In this document: piece after piece, positions 17,257 to 26,930 of the stretch
Layout: each line of letters begins with the position of its first letter
Numbering within the stretch: the stretch's first letter is position 1
Assembly: GCA_050262655.1 (NCBI GenBank)
Contig: JBLNEM010000509.1
Location: 794-64,793 of the forward strand
Origin: Mycobacterium leprae
GTDB taxonomy: Bacteria; Bacillota; Sulfobacillia; Symbiobacteriales; Symbiobacteriaceae
Direction of reading: 5' to 3'
DNA length: 64,000 bases
Notes under the pieces: model-generated
What the model was told of the DNA's origin: nothing
Databases searched by the model: none
What the model saw: only the letters and a program-made list of their open reading frames with translations
Made by a program: the position numbers and the translations under genes

Positions 17257-18933
17257 TTGAACAAGAAGTGGTATGGAGTTCTCGCTGGCACGCTGTCCCT
17301 TTCGCTGTTCCTCACCGCTTGCGGCGGCGCGAAGACCCCGAGCACTGCCCCGGCAGCACCGACCGCCGGTCAGCCTGTCGATGGCGGCACCTTGACCTGG
17401 GGTGATTTCTCGGACATCGTCACGGTTAACCCGATCTTCATCGACGATGTGGGCTCCCAGAATGTCGCGAACTTCCTCTTCGCTAGCCTGTACGACGTAG
17501 ACGCCAAGGGCAGCTTGGCGGCGGACGACTGGGCCCTGGCTGCGGAACTGCCGCAGATCAGCAACGGTGGCAAGACCTACACCATCAAGCTGAAGAGCAC
17601 CCCGAAGTGGAGCGATGGCCAGCCGGTCACCGCCGACGACCTGGTCTTCTCGCTGAACATGGCCCGTAACAAGGACACTGGTTCGACCATGGTGGCCAAC
17701 TACGACAAGGTGTCGGACGTTAAGAAGATTGACGACCACACCGTTCAGATCGACCTGAGCACGGTCTATGCGCCGTTCGCTTTGAACGCCCTGGGCATTC
17801 AGGTCATCCCGCAGCATGTGCTGAAGGATGTTGCTGCCAAGGATCTGCAGAAGAACGCGTTCGGTAAGGACCCGAAGGCCACTGTGACGGACGGCCCCTA
17901 CACCTGGAAGGAATGGGCCCAGAAGCAGTACCACACGCTGGCCCTGAACACCAGCTACTGGGGTCCGAAGCCGCACATTCAGACCGTCGTCTACAAGATC
18001 TACGCTGACCAGACCACTCTGGTTCAGGCTCTGATCAAGGGCGAGGTCGATATGGTCTCCACCATTCCGGTCGGTCTGCTCTCTGCGGTGCAGGGCAAGC
18101 AGGGCGTCAGCCTGAACGAACAGGCTGGTCCGACTTACGACTATATCGGTTACAACTTCAACGACGCCAACTTCCCCGACGGTGGCAGCCCCTTCAAGGG
18201 TGCAGCGACCCGTCAGGCTATCACTTACGCCATCAACCGTCAGGGCATTGTCGATTCCGTCCTGAAGGGCCATGGCAAGCTGCTGAACGGTCCGTTCCTG
18301 CCGGGTAGCTGGGCTGATGCCGGCACCGCTGCCAACGTGCCGTTTGACGCCGCCAAGGCGAAGGCTCTCCTGGCTCAGGACGGCTGGACTCCTGGTCCGG
18401 ACGGCATTCTGCAGAAGAATGGCCACAAGTTCTCCTTTGACCTTAATTTCAACTCTGGCAACGCTCGCCGTGAAGGCATCGCTGCCATCGTGCAGCAGAA
18501 CCTGAAGGACGTCGGCATTCAGGTCAACCTGAAACCCATGGACTTCTCCGCTCTGGTTGCCAACGTTGTGGACCCGGGCAAGTTCCAGGCCCTGCTGCTT
18601 GGGTGGCAGATGTCTATCGACCCCGACCAGGAGTCGATCTTCAGCTCCAAGTACTTCCCGCCCGCTGGTCAGAACTCCGGTTACTACAAGAACACCAAGG
18701 CTGACGATCTGTGGGTCCAGGGTTACTCCACCACGGATCAGGCTGCTCGGAAGGACATCTACGGCAAGATCGCTACCGAGTTCAACAACGATCCCCCCTA
18801 TGTCTTCCTCGATCAGCAGAACGTGATCGAAGCCACCAGCGCCCGTATCCACTGGTCTGATGCGGACAAGCCGGTTCTTAACATCCCTTATGGCTACGCT
18901 TTCCACATTCAGAACTGGTGGGTTACCAAGTAA
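17257..18933 (+). CDS. ABC transporter substrate-binding lipoprotein, family 5 (Opp/Dpp/Nik type)
   Basis: TTG start after AGGGGG. Lipobox LSLFLTAC|GG. The rest is a typical SBP_bac_5 body (WSDGQPVTADD, YNFN..., IDPDQES). Confidence 0.85.
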   Translation: MNKKWYGVLAGTLSLSLFLTACGGAKTPSTAPAAPTAGQPVDGGTLTWGDFSDIVTVNPIFIDDVGSQNVANFLFASLYDVDAKGSLAADDWALAAELPQISNGGKTYTIKLKSTPKWSDGQPVTADDLVFSLNMARNKDTGSTMVANYDKVSDVKKIDDHTVQIDLSTVYAPFALNALGIQVIPQHVLKDVAAKDLQKNAFGKDPKATVTDGPYTWKEWAQKQYHTLALNTSYWGPKPHIQTVVYKIYADQTTLVQALIKGEVDMVSTIPVGLLSAVQGKQGVSLNEQAGPTYDYIGYNFNDANFPDGGSPFKGAATRQAITYAINRQGIVDSVLKGHGKLLNGPFLPGSWADAGTAANVPFDAAKAKALLAQDGWTPGPDGILQKNGHKFSFDLNFNSGNARREGIAAIVQQNLKDVGIQVNLKPMDFSALVANVVDPGKFQALLLGWQMSIDPDQESIFSSKYFPPAGQNSGYYKNTKADDLWVQGYSTTDQAARKDIYGKIATEFNNDPPYVFLDQQNVIEATSARIHWSDADKPVLNIPYGYAFHIQNWWVTK

Positions 18934-19038
18934 TCAGCATTCAGTAGGTGCATTACGTGGGGAAGGGGCTCCGGCCCCTTCCCCGGTTCTCTTACATGGA
19001 CTGCTAAAAGAAAGGGGGCGGTTCGGCTGACAGAATAC

Positions 19039-19989
19039 TTGATTCGGCGTATCCTCCAGTCACTGTTAGTGCTATTCCTGGTCTCCATTTTGAGTTTCAG
19101 CCTCATTCACGCGGCGCCTGGTGGACCTCTGCAGATTTATTTGAAGCCTGGCCTTCCGCCGGATGTTGTGAAGGTCCAGATGCACAACATGGGCCTGGAC
19201 CAGCCGGTGTGGAAGCAGTACTTCCTGTGGCTGGGGCGCACCCTCCATGGCGATTTCGGCCAGTTGTTCAAGACCGGACAGCCGGTTAGTGAGCTTCTGT
19301 GGAGCCACCTGGAGAACACCGTTTTGCTTAGTGGTGTCTCCTGGCTGATTGCACTTTTGATTGCAATTCCGTGGGGCATTCACAACAGCACCAAGCAGTA
19401 CGGGCTATCTGACAATGTTTCTTCGGTAATCGGTTATGCTGGTTTTGCTCTGCCGGCTTTCTGGTTCGGCATCTTGCTCCAGGAAGCGCTGGCGATGAAG
19501 TTAAACCTGTTCCCGCTGTCGGACATGCATACATTCGGCCAGACCGACCTGCCTGACCTGATCTACCATATGGTCCTGCCGGTTATGACCCTGACCTTTA
19601 TTAACCTGGCGGGGTACCTGAAGTACGCTCGGTCCAGTATGTTGGAAGTGCTGGGACAGGATTACGTACGGACCGCCCGGGCCAAGGGTGTACCCGAGCG
19701 GACTGTCATTTTCCGGCACGCTTTGCGCAACGCCCTGATTCCGATCATCACGATTCTGGGTCTCGACCTGCCGATCCTGGTTGCCGGCGCAGCACTGACG
19801 GAAAGCGTCTTCAACTGGCCGGGAATGGGCCGTCTCTTCGTAGATATGGCGAATTCCCGGGAGTACTCGGCACTGATGGCCATTACCCTCATCACTACGG
19901 TGGTCGTGATTGTCGGCAACCTGTTGGCGGATATTCTGTACGCCCTGGTCGATCCCCGGGTGAAGCTTGGCGGAAAGGGGGCGGCATAG
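19039..19989 (+). CDS. ABC transporter permease (OppB/DppB type)
   Basis: MIRRILQSLLVLFLVSILSF N-terminus and the EAA loop YVRTARAKGVPERTVIFRHALRNALIP. Confidence 0.9.
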   Translation: MIRRILQSLLVLFLVSILSFSLIHAAPGGPLQIYLKPGLPPDVVKVQMHNMGLDQPVWKQYFLWLGRTLHGDFGQLFKTGQPVSELLWSHLENTVLLSGVSWLIALLIAIPWGIHNSTKQYGLSDNVSSVIGYAGFALPAFWFGILLQEALAMKLNLFPLSDMHTFGQTDLPDLIYHMVLPVMTLTFINLAGYLKYARSSMLEVLGQDYVRTARAKGVPERTVIFRHALRNALIPIITILGLDLPILVAGAALTESVFNWPGMGRLFVDMANSREYSALMAITLITTVVVIVGNLLADILYALVDPRVKLGGKGAA

Positions 19990-20924
19990 TGAGCGCTGAG
20001 CGGACTGCTCTTGCCTCGACCAAGCCCGAAAGCCTGTCGCGGGCCGCATGGAAGCGATTCCGCAGCAACAAGTTGGCCATGCTCGGTCTTGTAATCTTGG
20101 GCCTCTTCGTTCTGATCGCCATACTGGCCCCCTGGATTCGCCCGTTTGACCCAGCGGCGATCGATCTGATGCATGTCGACGCACCGCCTGGAGCTGGCCA
20201 CCTGTTGGGCACAGACCTGGTTGGCCGAGATGTGCTCAGCCGGCTGATGTATGGCAGCCGCATCTCGCTGCTGGTAGGCTTCTGCGTGGCGGCGGGTGCC
20301 GTGATTGTCGGCAGCATTGTAGGCTCCGTGGCCGGCTACTTCGGTGGCTGGGTTGACACCGTGCTCATGCGGTTCATCGACGTGATGCTGTCGTTCCCCT
20401 CCCTCTTCCTGAACATCCTGGTGCTGGCCATCTTCGGCGGGCATTTTGTCTACCTGATTCTGATCCTTGTGGCCACTAGCTGGATGGGTGTGGCCCGTCT
20501 GGTGCGGGGGCAGTTCCTTCAGTTGCGTGAGATGCAGTACGTAGAGGCTGCCCAGGCGATCGGTACGCCTAGCTGGGAGATCATGTTCAAGCACCTGCTG
20601 CGCAACGCAACGGCGCCGATTATTGTAACGGCAACCTTGCATGTGGGCGGCGCGATCCTGAGCGAATCGGCCCTTTCATTCCTGGGCTTGGGCGTTCAGC
20701 CGCCTCAGACCAGTTGGGGCCAGATGCTTTCCAACGCTCAGGAGTACATGCTGATCAATCCGATGTACGCCCTGTACCCGGGCCTCTGCATCTTCCTGAC
20801 TGTTCTGGCTGTCAACTTCATAGGTGATGGCCTTCGTGATGCACTGGATCCGCGGCAGAAAGCCCATATTCCGAAGGGGAGGATTGCAGAGTGGCGCGAC
20901 CGCTTCTTGAAGTCAAGAACCTAA
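19989..20924 (+). CDS. ABC transporter permease (OppC/DppC type)
   Basis: HLLGTDLVGRDVLSRLMYGSRISL and YVEAAQAIGTPSWEIMFKHLLRNA. Confidence 0.9.
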   Translation: MSAERTALASTKPESLSRAAWKRFRSNKLAMLGLVILGLFVLIAILAPWIRPFDPAAIDLMHVDAPPGAGHLLGTDLVGRDVLSRLMYGSRISLLVGFCVAAGAVIVGSIVGSVAGYFGGWVDTVLMRFIDVMLSFPSLFLNILVLAIFGGHFVYLILILVATSWMGVARLVRGQFLQLREMQYVEAAQAIGTPSWEIMFKHLLRNATAPIIVTATLHVGGAILSESALSFLGLGVQPPQTSWGQMLSNAQEYMLINPMYALYPGLCIFLTVLAVNFIGDGLRDALDPRQKAHIPKGRIAEWRDRFLKSRT

Positions 20925-21910
20925 CCACCGGTTTCGTGACGGAGAAGGGCCTCGTGGTCGTTGTTGACGACGTGTCGTTCAACATCGGCGAGGCTGAGAC
21001 GGTCTGCGTTGTCGGTGAGTCCGGCAGCGGCAAGAGCGTCACTTCCATGTCCATCATGCGGCTGGTCGATTATGACCGGGGCATGGTCCTGACCGGGCAG
21101 ATGCTGTTGAATGGTGAAGATCTGGCACAGAAGAGCCAGGACGAGATGCAGCAAATCCGCGGCAGCAACGTCGCAATGATCTTCCAGGAGCCCATGTCGG
21201 CCCTGAATCCGGTCTTCCCGGTGGGTCAGCAGATTGCCGAAGCGGTGATGCTGCATGAGAAGAAGACCAAGGAAGAAGCTTGGACGCGAGCGGTCGAGAT
21301 GCTGACCCTGGTCGGAATTCCTGAGCCCGAAGTGCGGGCGCGGCAGTTCCCGCATCAGTTCTCGGGCGGCATGCGTCAGCGGGCGATGATCGCAATCGCC
21401 CTGGCCTGCAATCCCAAGCTGCTAATCGCGGATGAACCGACCACCGCACTGGATGTGACCATCCAGGCCCAAATCTTGGACCTGTTGCGTGAGCTGAAGT
21501 CCAAGTTGAAGATGTCCATTCTGCTGATCACCCACGACATGGGCGTGGCGGCGGAGATGGCTGATCGGGTTGTCGTCATGTATGCCGGCAAGGTCGTGGA
21601 GGAGGGTACGGTCGAGCAGTTGTTTGACCAGCCCCACCACCCGTATACCGCCGGCCTGCTGGCCTCGATTCCTGGACTCGAGGGCGATCGCAGCGGCAAG
21701 TTGCACACGATTCCGGGCTCGATCCCGAACGTGGCCAACCTGCCCAAGGGTTGCCGGTTCAACCCGCGGTGCCCGTTTGCAACCGAAGAGTGCCGGACCG
21801 CTGAACCTCCGCTGCGTGAGGTAAATGGGCGGCTGGTTGCCTGCTACCACAGCGAGAAGCTGGTGGCGCAAGGCATGTCCAACGATGAGAGGAAGGTGAG
21901 CCAGTCTTGA
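20891..21910 (+). CDS. ABC transporter ATP-binding protein (OppD/DppD type)
   Basis: Walker A GESGSGKS, signature FSGGMRQR, Walker [13 protein letters not shown], and the C-terminal oligopeptide-type extension ([15 protein letters not shown]). Confidence 0.9.
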   Translation: MARPLLEVKNLTTGFVTEKGLVVVVDDVSFNIGEAETVCVVGESGSGKSVTSMSIMRLVDYDRGMVLTGQMLLNGEDLAQKSQDEMQQIRGSNVAMIFQEPMSALNPVFPVGQQIAEAVMLHEKKTKEEAWTRAVEMLTLVGIPEPEVRARQFPHQFSGGMRQRAMIAIALACNPKLLIADEPTTALDVTIQAQILDLLRELKSKLKMSILLITHDMGVAAEMADRVVVMYAGKVVEEGTVEQLFDQPHHPYTAGLLASIPGLEGDRSGKLHTIPGSIPNVANLPKGCRFNPRCPFATEECRTAEPPLREVNGRLVACYHSEKLVAQGMSNDERKVSQS

Positions 21911-22899
21911 GTATTGCGACCGGCTCCCGGACTCCGCTCATCCAGGCCCAGGGAGTCAAGAAGTACTTCCCGATCAAGAAGGGCCTGCTGAGCAAGACCG
22001 TCGGCAACGTGCGCGCCGTGGACGACGTTTCCTTTGATATCTATCCGGGCGAGACCCTTGGTCTTGTGGGTGAGTCTGGTTGCGGCAAGTCGACGCTTGG
22101 TCGGGTCATTTTGCAGCTCCAGCAGGCAACCGCTGGCAAAGTGCTCTTTGAGGGCAAGGACCTCGTGTCGATGAGCAAGGGAGAGCTGCGGGACTACCGT
22201 CGGGAGATGCAGATCATCTTCCAGGACCCGTTCGGTTCGCTCAACCCTCGCTTCACTGTCAGTGAGATCATCGGCGAGCCGCTCCGGGTTCACGGGGTGG
22301 CCGACGCTGCTGGCCGTGAGGCCCGGGTTGCCGAATTGCTCCAGAAGGTCGGCCTCGACCCCTCCTGGATCAACCGTTACCCCCATGAATTTTCCGGTGG
22401 TCAGCGTCAGCGTATCGGCATCGCCCGGTCCATTTCGCTGAATCCGAAGTTCATCGTGGCCGACGAGGCCGTTTCCGCCCTGGACGTCTCGGTTCAGGCA
22501 CAGGTTGTGAACCTGCTGGAGGAATTGCAGGACCAGTTGGGCCTGACCTATCTCTTCATCGCTCATGGCCTGAATGTAGTGCGGCACATCTCGGACCGCA
22601 TTGGCGTGATGTACCTGGGCAAGTTGGTGGAAGTGGCAGAGACCGACGAGCTGTTTGCTCATGCGGCTCATCCGTACACTGCGGCGCTTCTGTCCGCCAT
22701 TCCGGTGCCGAACCCGCATCGCAAGCGGGAGCGGATCGTGTTGACGGGTGAAGTACCGTCTCCGGCTAATCCGCCTTCGGGATGCCGGTTCCACACCCGT
22801 TGCCCGCTGGCCCAGCCTCGCTGCCGGGAAGAGATTCCGGCACTGCGGGAGGTTGCGCCGGGCCATCTGGTGGCCTGCCATTTTCCGATCGGACAGTAA
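21907..22899 (+). CDS. ABC transporter ATP-binding protein (OppF/DppF type)
   Basis: [44 protein letters not shown]. Confidence 0.9.
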   Translation: MSIATGSRTPLIQAQGVKKYFPIKKGLLSKTVGNVRAVDDVSFDIYPGETLGLVGESGCGKSTLGRVILQLQQATAGKVLFEGKDLVSMSKGELRDYRREMQIIFQDPFGSLNPRFTVSEIIGEPLRVHGVADAAGREARVAELLQKVGLDPSWINRYPHEFSGGQRQRIGIARSISLNPKFIVADEAVSALDVSVQAQVVNLLEELQDQLGLTYLFIAHGLNVVRHISDRIGVMYLGKLVEVAETDELFAHAAHPYTAALLSAIPVPNPHRKRERIVLTGEVPSPANPPSGCRFHTRCPLAQPRCREEIPALREVAPGHLVACHFPIGQ

Positions 22900-22912
22900 T
22901 GCCGATAGCAGT

Positions 22913-22948
22913 AACGCCCCACCCGGTCAGACCGGAGTGGGGCGTTTT
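22913..22948. terminator. Bidirectional intrinsic terminator (ABC operon / LuxR regulator)
   Basis: AACGCCCCAC...GTGGGGCGTT with the inner hairpin CCGGT/ACCGG, followed by a T-run. Confidence 0.7.
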
Positions 22949-22961
22949 ACATAGGCGATTG

Positions 22962-23606
22962 TCAAACCAGATGTCGTTGCACCGCGATGGCGGCAGCCTC
23001 AGCGCGGGTCCCTGCTCCCAGCTTGGAGAGGATCGAACTAATATGGAACTTCACAGTGGAGCGGCTGACGACAAGCCGTTCGGCGATCTCTGGGTTGGAC
23101 AGCCCTTCCACGACGAGGGCCAGAACCGCTCGCTCCCGCTTGGTCAGTTCGAATGTGTCGCTGCTGATCGGGTGGTTGACGGCCTCAATGAGTGCTTGTG
23201 TGGCCTCCGGCGCCAGTGTCGGCCGTCCTGCATGCGCCTCGCGGATGGCCTTGACCAGGTCGTTGGCCAAGGCGCTCTTCAGGAGGTACCCAATGGCGCC
23301 AGCCTGTAAGGCGGCCTGGACTCGCGCGTGTTCGGGCGCACTGGTGAAGGCCACAACCTGGGTTTGGGGGCAGCTGTCCCGAATCACGCGGGTCGCCGCC
23401 GCTCCGTCTACCTCCGGCATCATCATGTCCATGAGCACCACATCGGGCTTGAGCTTTTGCGCCTGACGAATTGCCTCGGCCCCGTCCGTCGCTTCGCCAA
23501 CGATCTCGATGATGTCTGCATATGCCTGCAGGAAGGCGGACAAACCACTGCGGACAACGGCGTGGTCATCAACGATCAGAACCCGGATCCGGTCCGGCCT
23601 GTTCAT
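22962..23606 (-). CDS. NarL/LuxR-family response regulator (orphan: no adjacent kinase)
   Basis: REC domain (IRVLIVDDHAVVR...DVVLMDMMMPEVDG) plus a LuxR HTH (LTKRERAVLALVVEGLSNPEIAERLVVSRSTVKFHISSILSKLG). The start is placed at the second ATG, which follows AGGAGAGAG. Confidence 0.85.
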   Translation of the reverse strand: MNRPDRIRVLIVDDHAVVRSGLSAFLQAYADIIEIVGEATDGAEAIRQAQKLKPDVVLMDMMMPEVDGAAATRVIRDSCPQTQVVAFTSAPEHARVQAALQAGAIGYLLKSALANDLVKAIREAHAGRPTLAPEATQALIEAVNHPISSDTFELTKRERAVLALVVEGLSNPEIAERLVVSRSTVKFHISSILSKLGAGTRAEAAAIAVQRHLV

Positions 23607-23783
23607 GCTCTCTCTCCTCATGTCGGGACGGTGGGCCAGTGAGCTTGCACTGCGTAGACTTCGTATCTCCGATCATACCCATGAGGCTCAGGGCTGTCGA
23701 GGTCTTGGGTAATTGTCTTAAATAGTTATATGAACAAAATAGCTGGTGCAGAGAGGTGATTCATAAGGGTGGAGCAGAGCGTC

Positions 23784-24218
23784 TCAAAGTTGTGGCCGAG
23801 CACTCTGGGGCAGGGGCTCTTCCTTGACACGGCAGAGTGTCTCCAGCAGGTGTACGTGGAGGGTAGTATAGGCTTGCTGGCGCTGATGAACGTAGATCCC
23901 CGCAACGAAGAGGAGGACACTGCCCCCCCAGAGGAGATACCATGCCCACGCTCTTACATGGTGAATGGCTGGCTGGAGCAATGGCGTGAAAACCAAGCCG
24001 ATGAGCGGGATGCCGGAAAGTGAGAAAGGAATCAGGCCCATACCGCTCTGTTCTTTCTTCGCCCAGGCCAGCAGCAGGCTGCGCTCCTCCGGGGTGATGC
24101 GGGCATAGTAGTCAGCGATCACCCGGACGTGATCCAGGTCCGCAATGCGGCCGTCCGGGGGGACTGGGAAGCGTTGACGCATTTTCAGGTAGAACCGGTG
24201 GACATCGCCCTGCAGCAT
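23784..24218 (-). CDS. Hypothetical membrane protein
   Basis: GGGAGGG Shine-Dalgarno 7 nt before the ATG, and two to three predicted TM helices. I recognise no family. Confidence 0.45.
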   Translation of the reverse strand: MLQGDVHRFYLKMRQRFPVPPDGRIADLDHVRVIADYYARITPEERSLLLAWAKKEQSGMGLIPFSLSGIPLIGLVFTPLLQPAIHHVRAWAWYLLWGGSVLLFVAGIYVHQRQQAYTTLHVHLLETLCRVKEEPLPQSARPQL

Positions 24219-24344
24219 GAGACCGCCCTCCCACGGTAGTATGTAGCGGATTTTGGACTTGCTGCCCCTGGCATTTTGTGGGCGTCCGGATGACAGGAAA
24301 GGGCACTCGCCCCTGGGGGAGAGTGCCCGGCTCGTTTACTGGTG

Positions 24345-26249
24345 TTATTCGGGAACTTCTTCGATCAGCGCTTCGTATTCGATGCCACCGATTGTGAGGC
24401 GGAGGACTCTAGCGGCCTTCTGGACCGGAGCGGAGTCGGGTTCTGAGAGTGCGGCCGCTGCAATGGGCGTCGTTCCAGTGGACTGGTTTGCTCCCGCTGT
24501 CTGGGCCATGCGCTCTTTGATCTGTCTGGCCAAATCCTGCTGGGCCTTATCCGATGGGCGATTGGTCTCGCGCTCGAGGTAGCGGCGAATTTGGGCCAAC
24601 CGCCGGCGCTCGGACCAGACGATCGAGGTGGCCTCTGCCAGGTCAATCTCCTGGAACCTGATGCGGTCTCCTGGCCGCAATTGAGCGGCCCTGGCCAAGT
24701 CCGAGTAGACCGCCACCGCAATTTGGGCGTAGCCGCCAGTGGTCTGACGGTTCCCCATGAGCAAGATGGGCTGTCCACTGGCCGGGACCTGTATGCTACC
24801 GGGCGCTACGGGTTCCGAGAGAATACCAGCGGGCGCTTGGAGCCTGGGGCCGTCCATTCGAAGCCCCTGACGGTCAGACTTGGCGCCAACCGCATACGTT
24901 GAGCCGAAGAAGGCTGCCTTTGCCTCCGGCGTGAAGGAGTCAGCCTGAGGCCCGCGCAGGACCCGGACGGTTAGCTCGCCCGGGAACGTGGGGATCGTAT
25001 CGGCCGGGAGCGAGCGACCAGCCAGATTGGCCGGCGGATGCAGGGGCAGGCCCACCGGCAGCCAGTCCCCTGTCTTCAGTGGCCGGCCCAGCGGGCCGAT
25101 CTTGCCAAAGAGATCCTCGGACAGACTGCCGAGGATCAGCGGCAGATCGAAGCCGCCAGCAACGCACAGATAGCTGCGGCAGCCAGTGGTGGCGGTGCCG
25201 GTACGCAACCGGTCGCCAGGTCCGGCCAACAGAGCGGTCCAGCCGGGAACGGGCTGCGGAGCAGAGCCGTCAGCCGGGATCAGCTCCGCGGGGAGCGGAG
25301 CACCAGTAAGGCAGAACGCAACGGGACCGGTAAACTCCATATCGGGGCCACTTATGGTCATATCCAGGGCACTGGTACGTGCTCGGATGACCAGTAGCCA
25401 GTTTCCCGCCATGAGGGACAGGTAGTCGGCGGCCCCGGCCACCGTCACGCCGCAGGACATGTGGCCCCTACGGCCCAGGTCCTGAATCGTGGTGAGCAGG
25501 CCCGGCTGGAGGACACGCAACCCGGTACGGCCTTCCTTCCATTCAGGCAGTGCCGGCGCTTTTCGGGGCTGCTCCTGCGCCTGGAATTGCTCGGGTGTAA
25601 TCGGCACGAAGCGGATGCTATCGCCGGGTTCTACCATGGCGGGAGCGGTGGCTTCAGGGTCAAATAGGTGGGCCGGCGTCCGGCCAATGAGTTGCCATCC
25701 GCCCGGCGAAGGTGCGGGATATACGCCTGTCTGGTTTCCGGCAATGCCAACGCTGCCGCCGGGCACAGAGACACGCGGATCTGCCAGTCGGGGTGTGGCG
25801 ATCGCCGGATCCAGTCCGCCGAGGTATGGAAAGCCGGGACTGAAGCCAAGACAATAGACCCGGTAGGTTGGGGCGGTATGCCGCTGAATCACTTCGGTCG
25901 CGCTCATATGAGCATGCTCCGCCACCGCAATCAGGTCGGGGCCCATTTCGCCACCATAGCAGACGGGGATTTCAACCGTTCTAGGTGGGACGGATTCTGT
26001 CGGCGCGAAAAGGCATTTGCGGACAATCTCCTGCAGTTGGTCGAGACGAATGCGCACCGGATCGTACTCAACGAGCAGGCAGTGGTACGAACTGGTGATC
26101 TCGATGATGGCCGGGTGGCGGTTTGCCCCGATGGCCCGGGCCAAATCCAGTACGGCTCTATTCACCGCCGGGTCAATTCCCTCACCCAGATAGATCATCA
26201 AGGCGCGATCGCCGCAGGGTACAAAGCGCAGTTGGTCGCTCAGCTTCAT
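24345..26249 (-). CDS. Fused 5-oxoprolinase subunits PxpB-PxpC (allophanate hydrolase subunit 1 + 2, KipI-KipA type) with an extra C-terminal tail of about 90 aa
   Basis: The N-terminal half is KipI/AHS1-like (FVPCGDRALMIYLGEGIDP...YRVYCLGFSPGFPYLGGLD...VGIAGNQTGVYP). The second half is KipA/AHS2-like (LRVLQPGLLTTIQDLGRRGH...GPQAD.F...GTPSGGYAQ-like TTGGYAQIAVV). The tail ends ...VLRLTIGGIEYEALIEEVPE. Confidence 0.8.
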   Translation of the reverse strand: MKLSDQLRFVPCGDRALMIYLGEGIDPAVNRAVLDLARAIGANRHPAIIEITSSYHCLLVEYDPVRIRLDQLQEIVRKCLFAPTESVPPRTVEIPVCYGGEMGPDLIAVAEHAHMSATEVIQRHTAPTYRVYCLGFSPGFPYLGGLDPAIATPRLADPRVSVPGGSVGIAGNQTGVYPAPSPGGWQLIGRTPAHLFDPEATAPAMVEPGDSIRFVPITPEQFQAQEQPRKAPALPEWKEGRTGLRVLQPGLLTTIQDLGRRGHMSCGVTVAGAADYLSLMAGNWLLVIRARTSALDMTISGPDMEFTGPVAFCLTGAPLPAELIPADGSAPQPVPGWTALLAGPGDRLRTGTATTGCRSYLCVAGGFDLPLILGSLSEDLFGKIGPLGRPLKTGDWLPVGLPLHPPANLAGRSLPADTIPTFPGELTVRVLRGPQADSFTPEAKAAFFGSTYAVGAKSDRQGLRMDGPRLQAPAGILSEPVAPGSIQVPASGQPILLMGNRQTTGGYAQIAVAVYSDLARAAQLRPGDRIRFQEIDLAEATSIVWSERRRLAQIRRYLERETNRPSDKAQQDLARQIKERMAQTAGANQSTGTTPIAAAALSEPDSAPVQKAARVLRLTIGGIEYEALIEEVPE

Positions 26250-26761
26250 CAGCCTCCGTTGTGCTGCCAATGCGAAGCTATCTTTTTGCTTCTTCTATTG
26301 TAACACGAGACTCCGCTGGATAGCGGCATTGATTTTAATAGCTGGTACTATATCCTGCTACAAAAACAGCTGGGCCATCCGGTCGCTGTCTCAGCTCGGG
26401 GTGGCCCAGCTAATTTCCTTTGTCCAACCAGACCTTGGGCAAACAAAAATGATGATAAGTCAGATTTCTGAGGATGCTGAACCACTCATAACAGACGACT
26501 GAATTTGCGAAGCGTAGTTATCATCTTGTTAGGCATTTGGTGTCATTCGGTGTTAGTTCGACCGTTTCTGTGTCTCTGGTAACCAGCCGAATCCCTTACA
26601 GGGGAGCGGCTCCTTTCCGGATACCACTACGGGGTACCCCATCATTACAGTCTGTCCGTGATGCCAGGCGTAGCATTGGCGAGTAAATCAAAGAAAACGA
26701 CGGGAAAATGCCTGTTTCCGCCTCAGTTGCACAACCGTGTGTGGTTGGTTCCTTAGAAACC

Positions 26762-26804
26762 TGAGAGTAATATGTGTGTAACATGAGAGTAAGATGAGAG
26801 TAAG
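26762..26804 (+). repeat. Three phased direct repeats TGAGAGTAA (ATGAGAGTAAG x2 in tandem plus one copy 22 bp upstream)
   Basis: Copies lie at 26762-26770, 26784-26792 and 26795-26803. The offsets of 22 and 11 bp put all three on the same helical face. They are about 185-225 bp upstream of the cytochrome operon start codon. Confidence 0.7.
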
Positions 26805-26914
26805 GTACATAAGGTTAGGACCTAAACGACTCCAACTTACCATTATGCATCAGATTCTTGACCCGGCAGCACAATTCGCGCCGCGGGGCGCAGGGACGAC
26901 GAAGCAAGACGGTT

Positions 26915-26930
26915 TGTGAGATTGCTCACA
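26915..26930. promoter_or_regulatory. Perfect CRP/FNR-family palindrome TGTGA-N6-TCACA
   Basis: TGTGAGATTGCTCACA is centred about 64 bp upstream of the ATG at 26987. It is the only such box I found in the window. Confidence 0.6.

Noticed and set aside
17242-18906. 554-aa ORF on the minus strand, nearly the full length of the substrate-binding protein gene
   Set aside because: It is a mirror-frame ORF opposite a well-supported family-5 SBP gene. The translation is low-complexity and rich in Val, Arg, Gly and Leu, with no motifs. Long antisense ORFs are expected in GC-rich coding DNA.
24345-24440. Possibility that the PxpBC tail is a BCCP domain truncated by a frameshift
   Set aside because: I looked at the other minus-strand frames downstream of the stop (24112-24344) and saw no biotinyl-domain-like sequence, and in particular no (A/V)MKM motif. 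There is thus no evidence in the sequence for a frameshifted continuation.
26437-26515. GGGCAAAC ... TTTGCGAAGCG, checked as a possible GEMM-I (c-di-GMP/cGAMP) riboswitch of the kind found upstream of Geobacter cytochrome genes
   Set aside because: The second conserved element (ACGCAAAGC) and the two tetraloop/receptor hairpins are not present, and the segment is more than 450 nt from the start codon.
26762-26804. Considered whether the TGAGAGTAA repeats could be a degenerate CRISPR array or mini-satellite
   Set aside because: The repeat units are only 9-11 bp, with 2-13 bp between copies, and no cas genes are present. This fits regulator binding sites rather than CRISPR.
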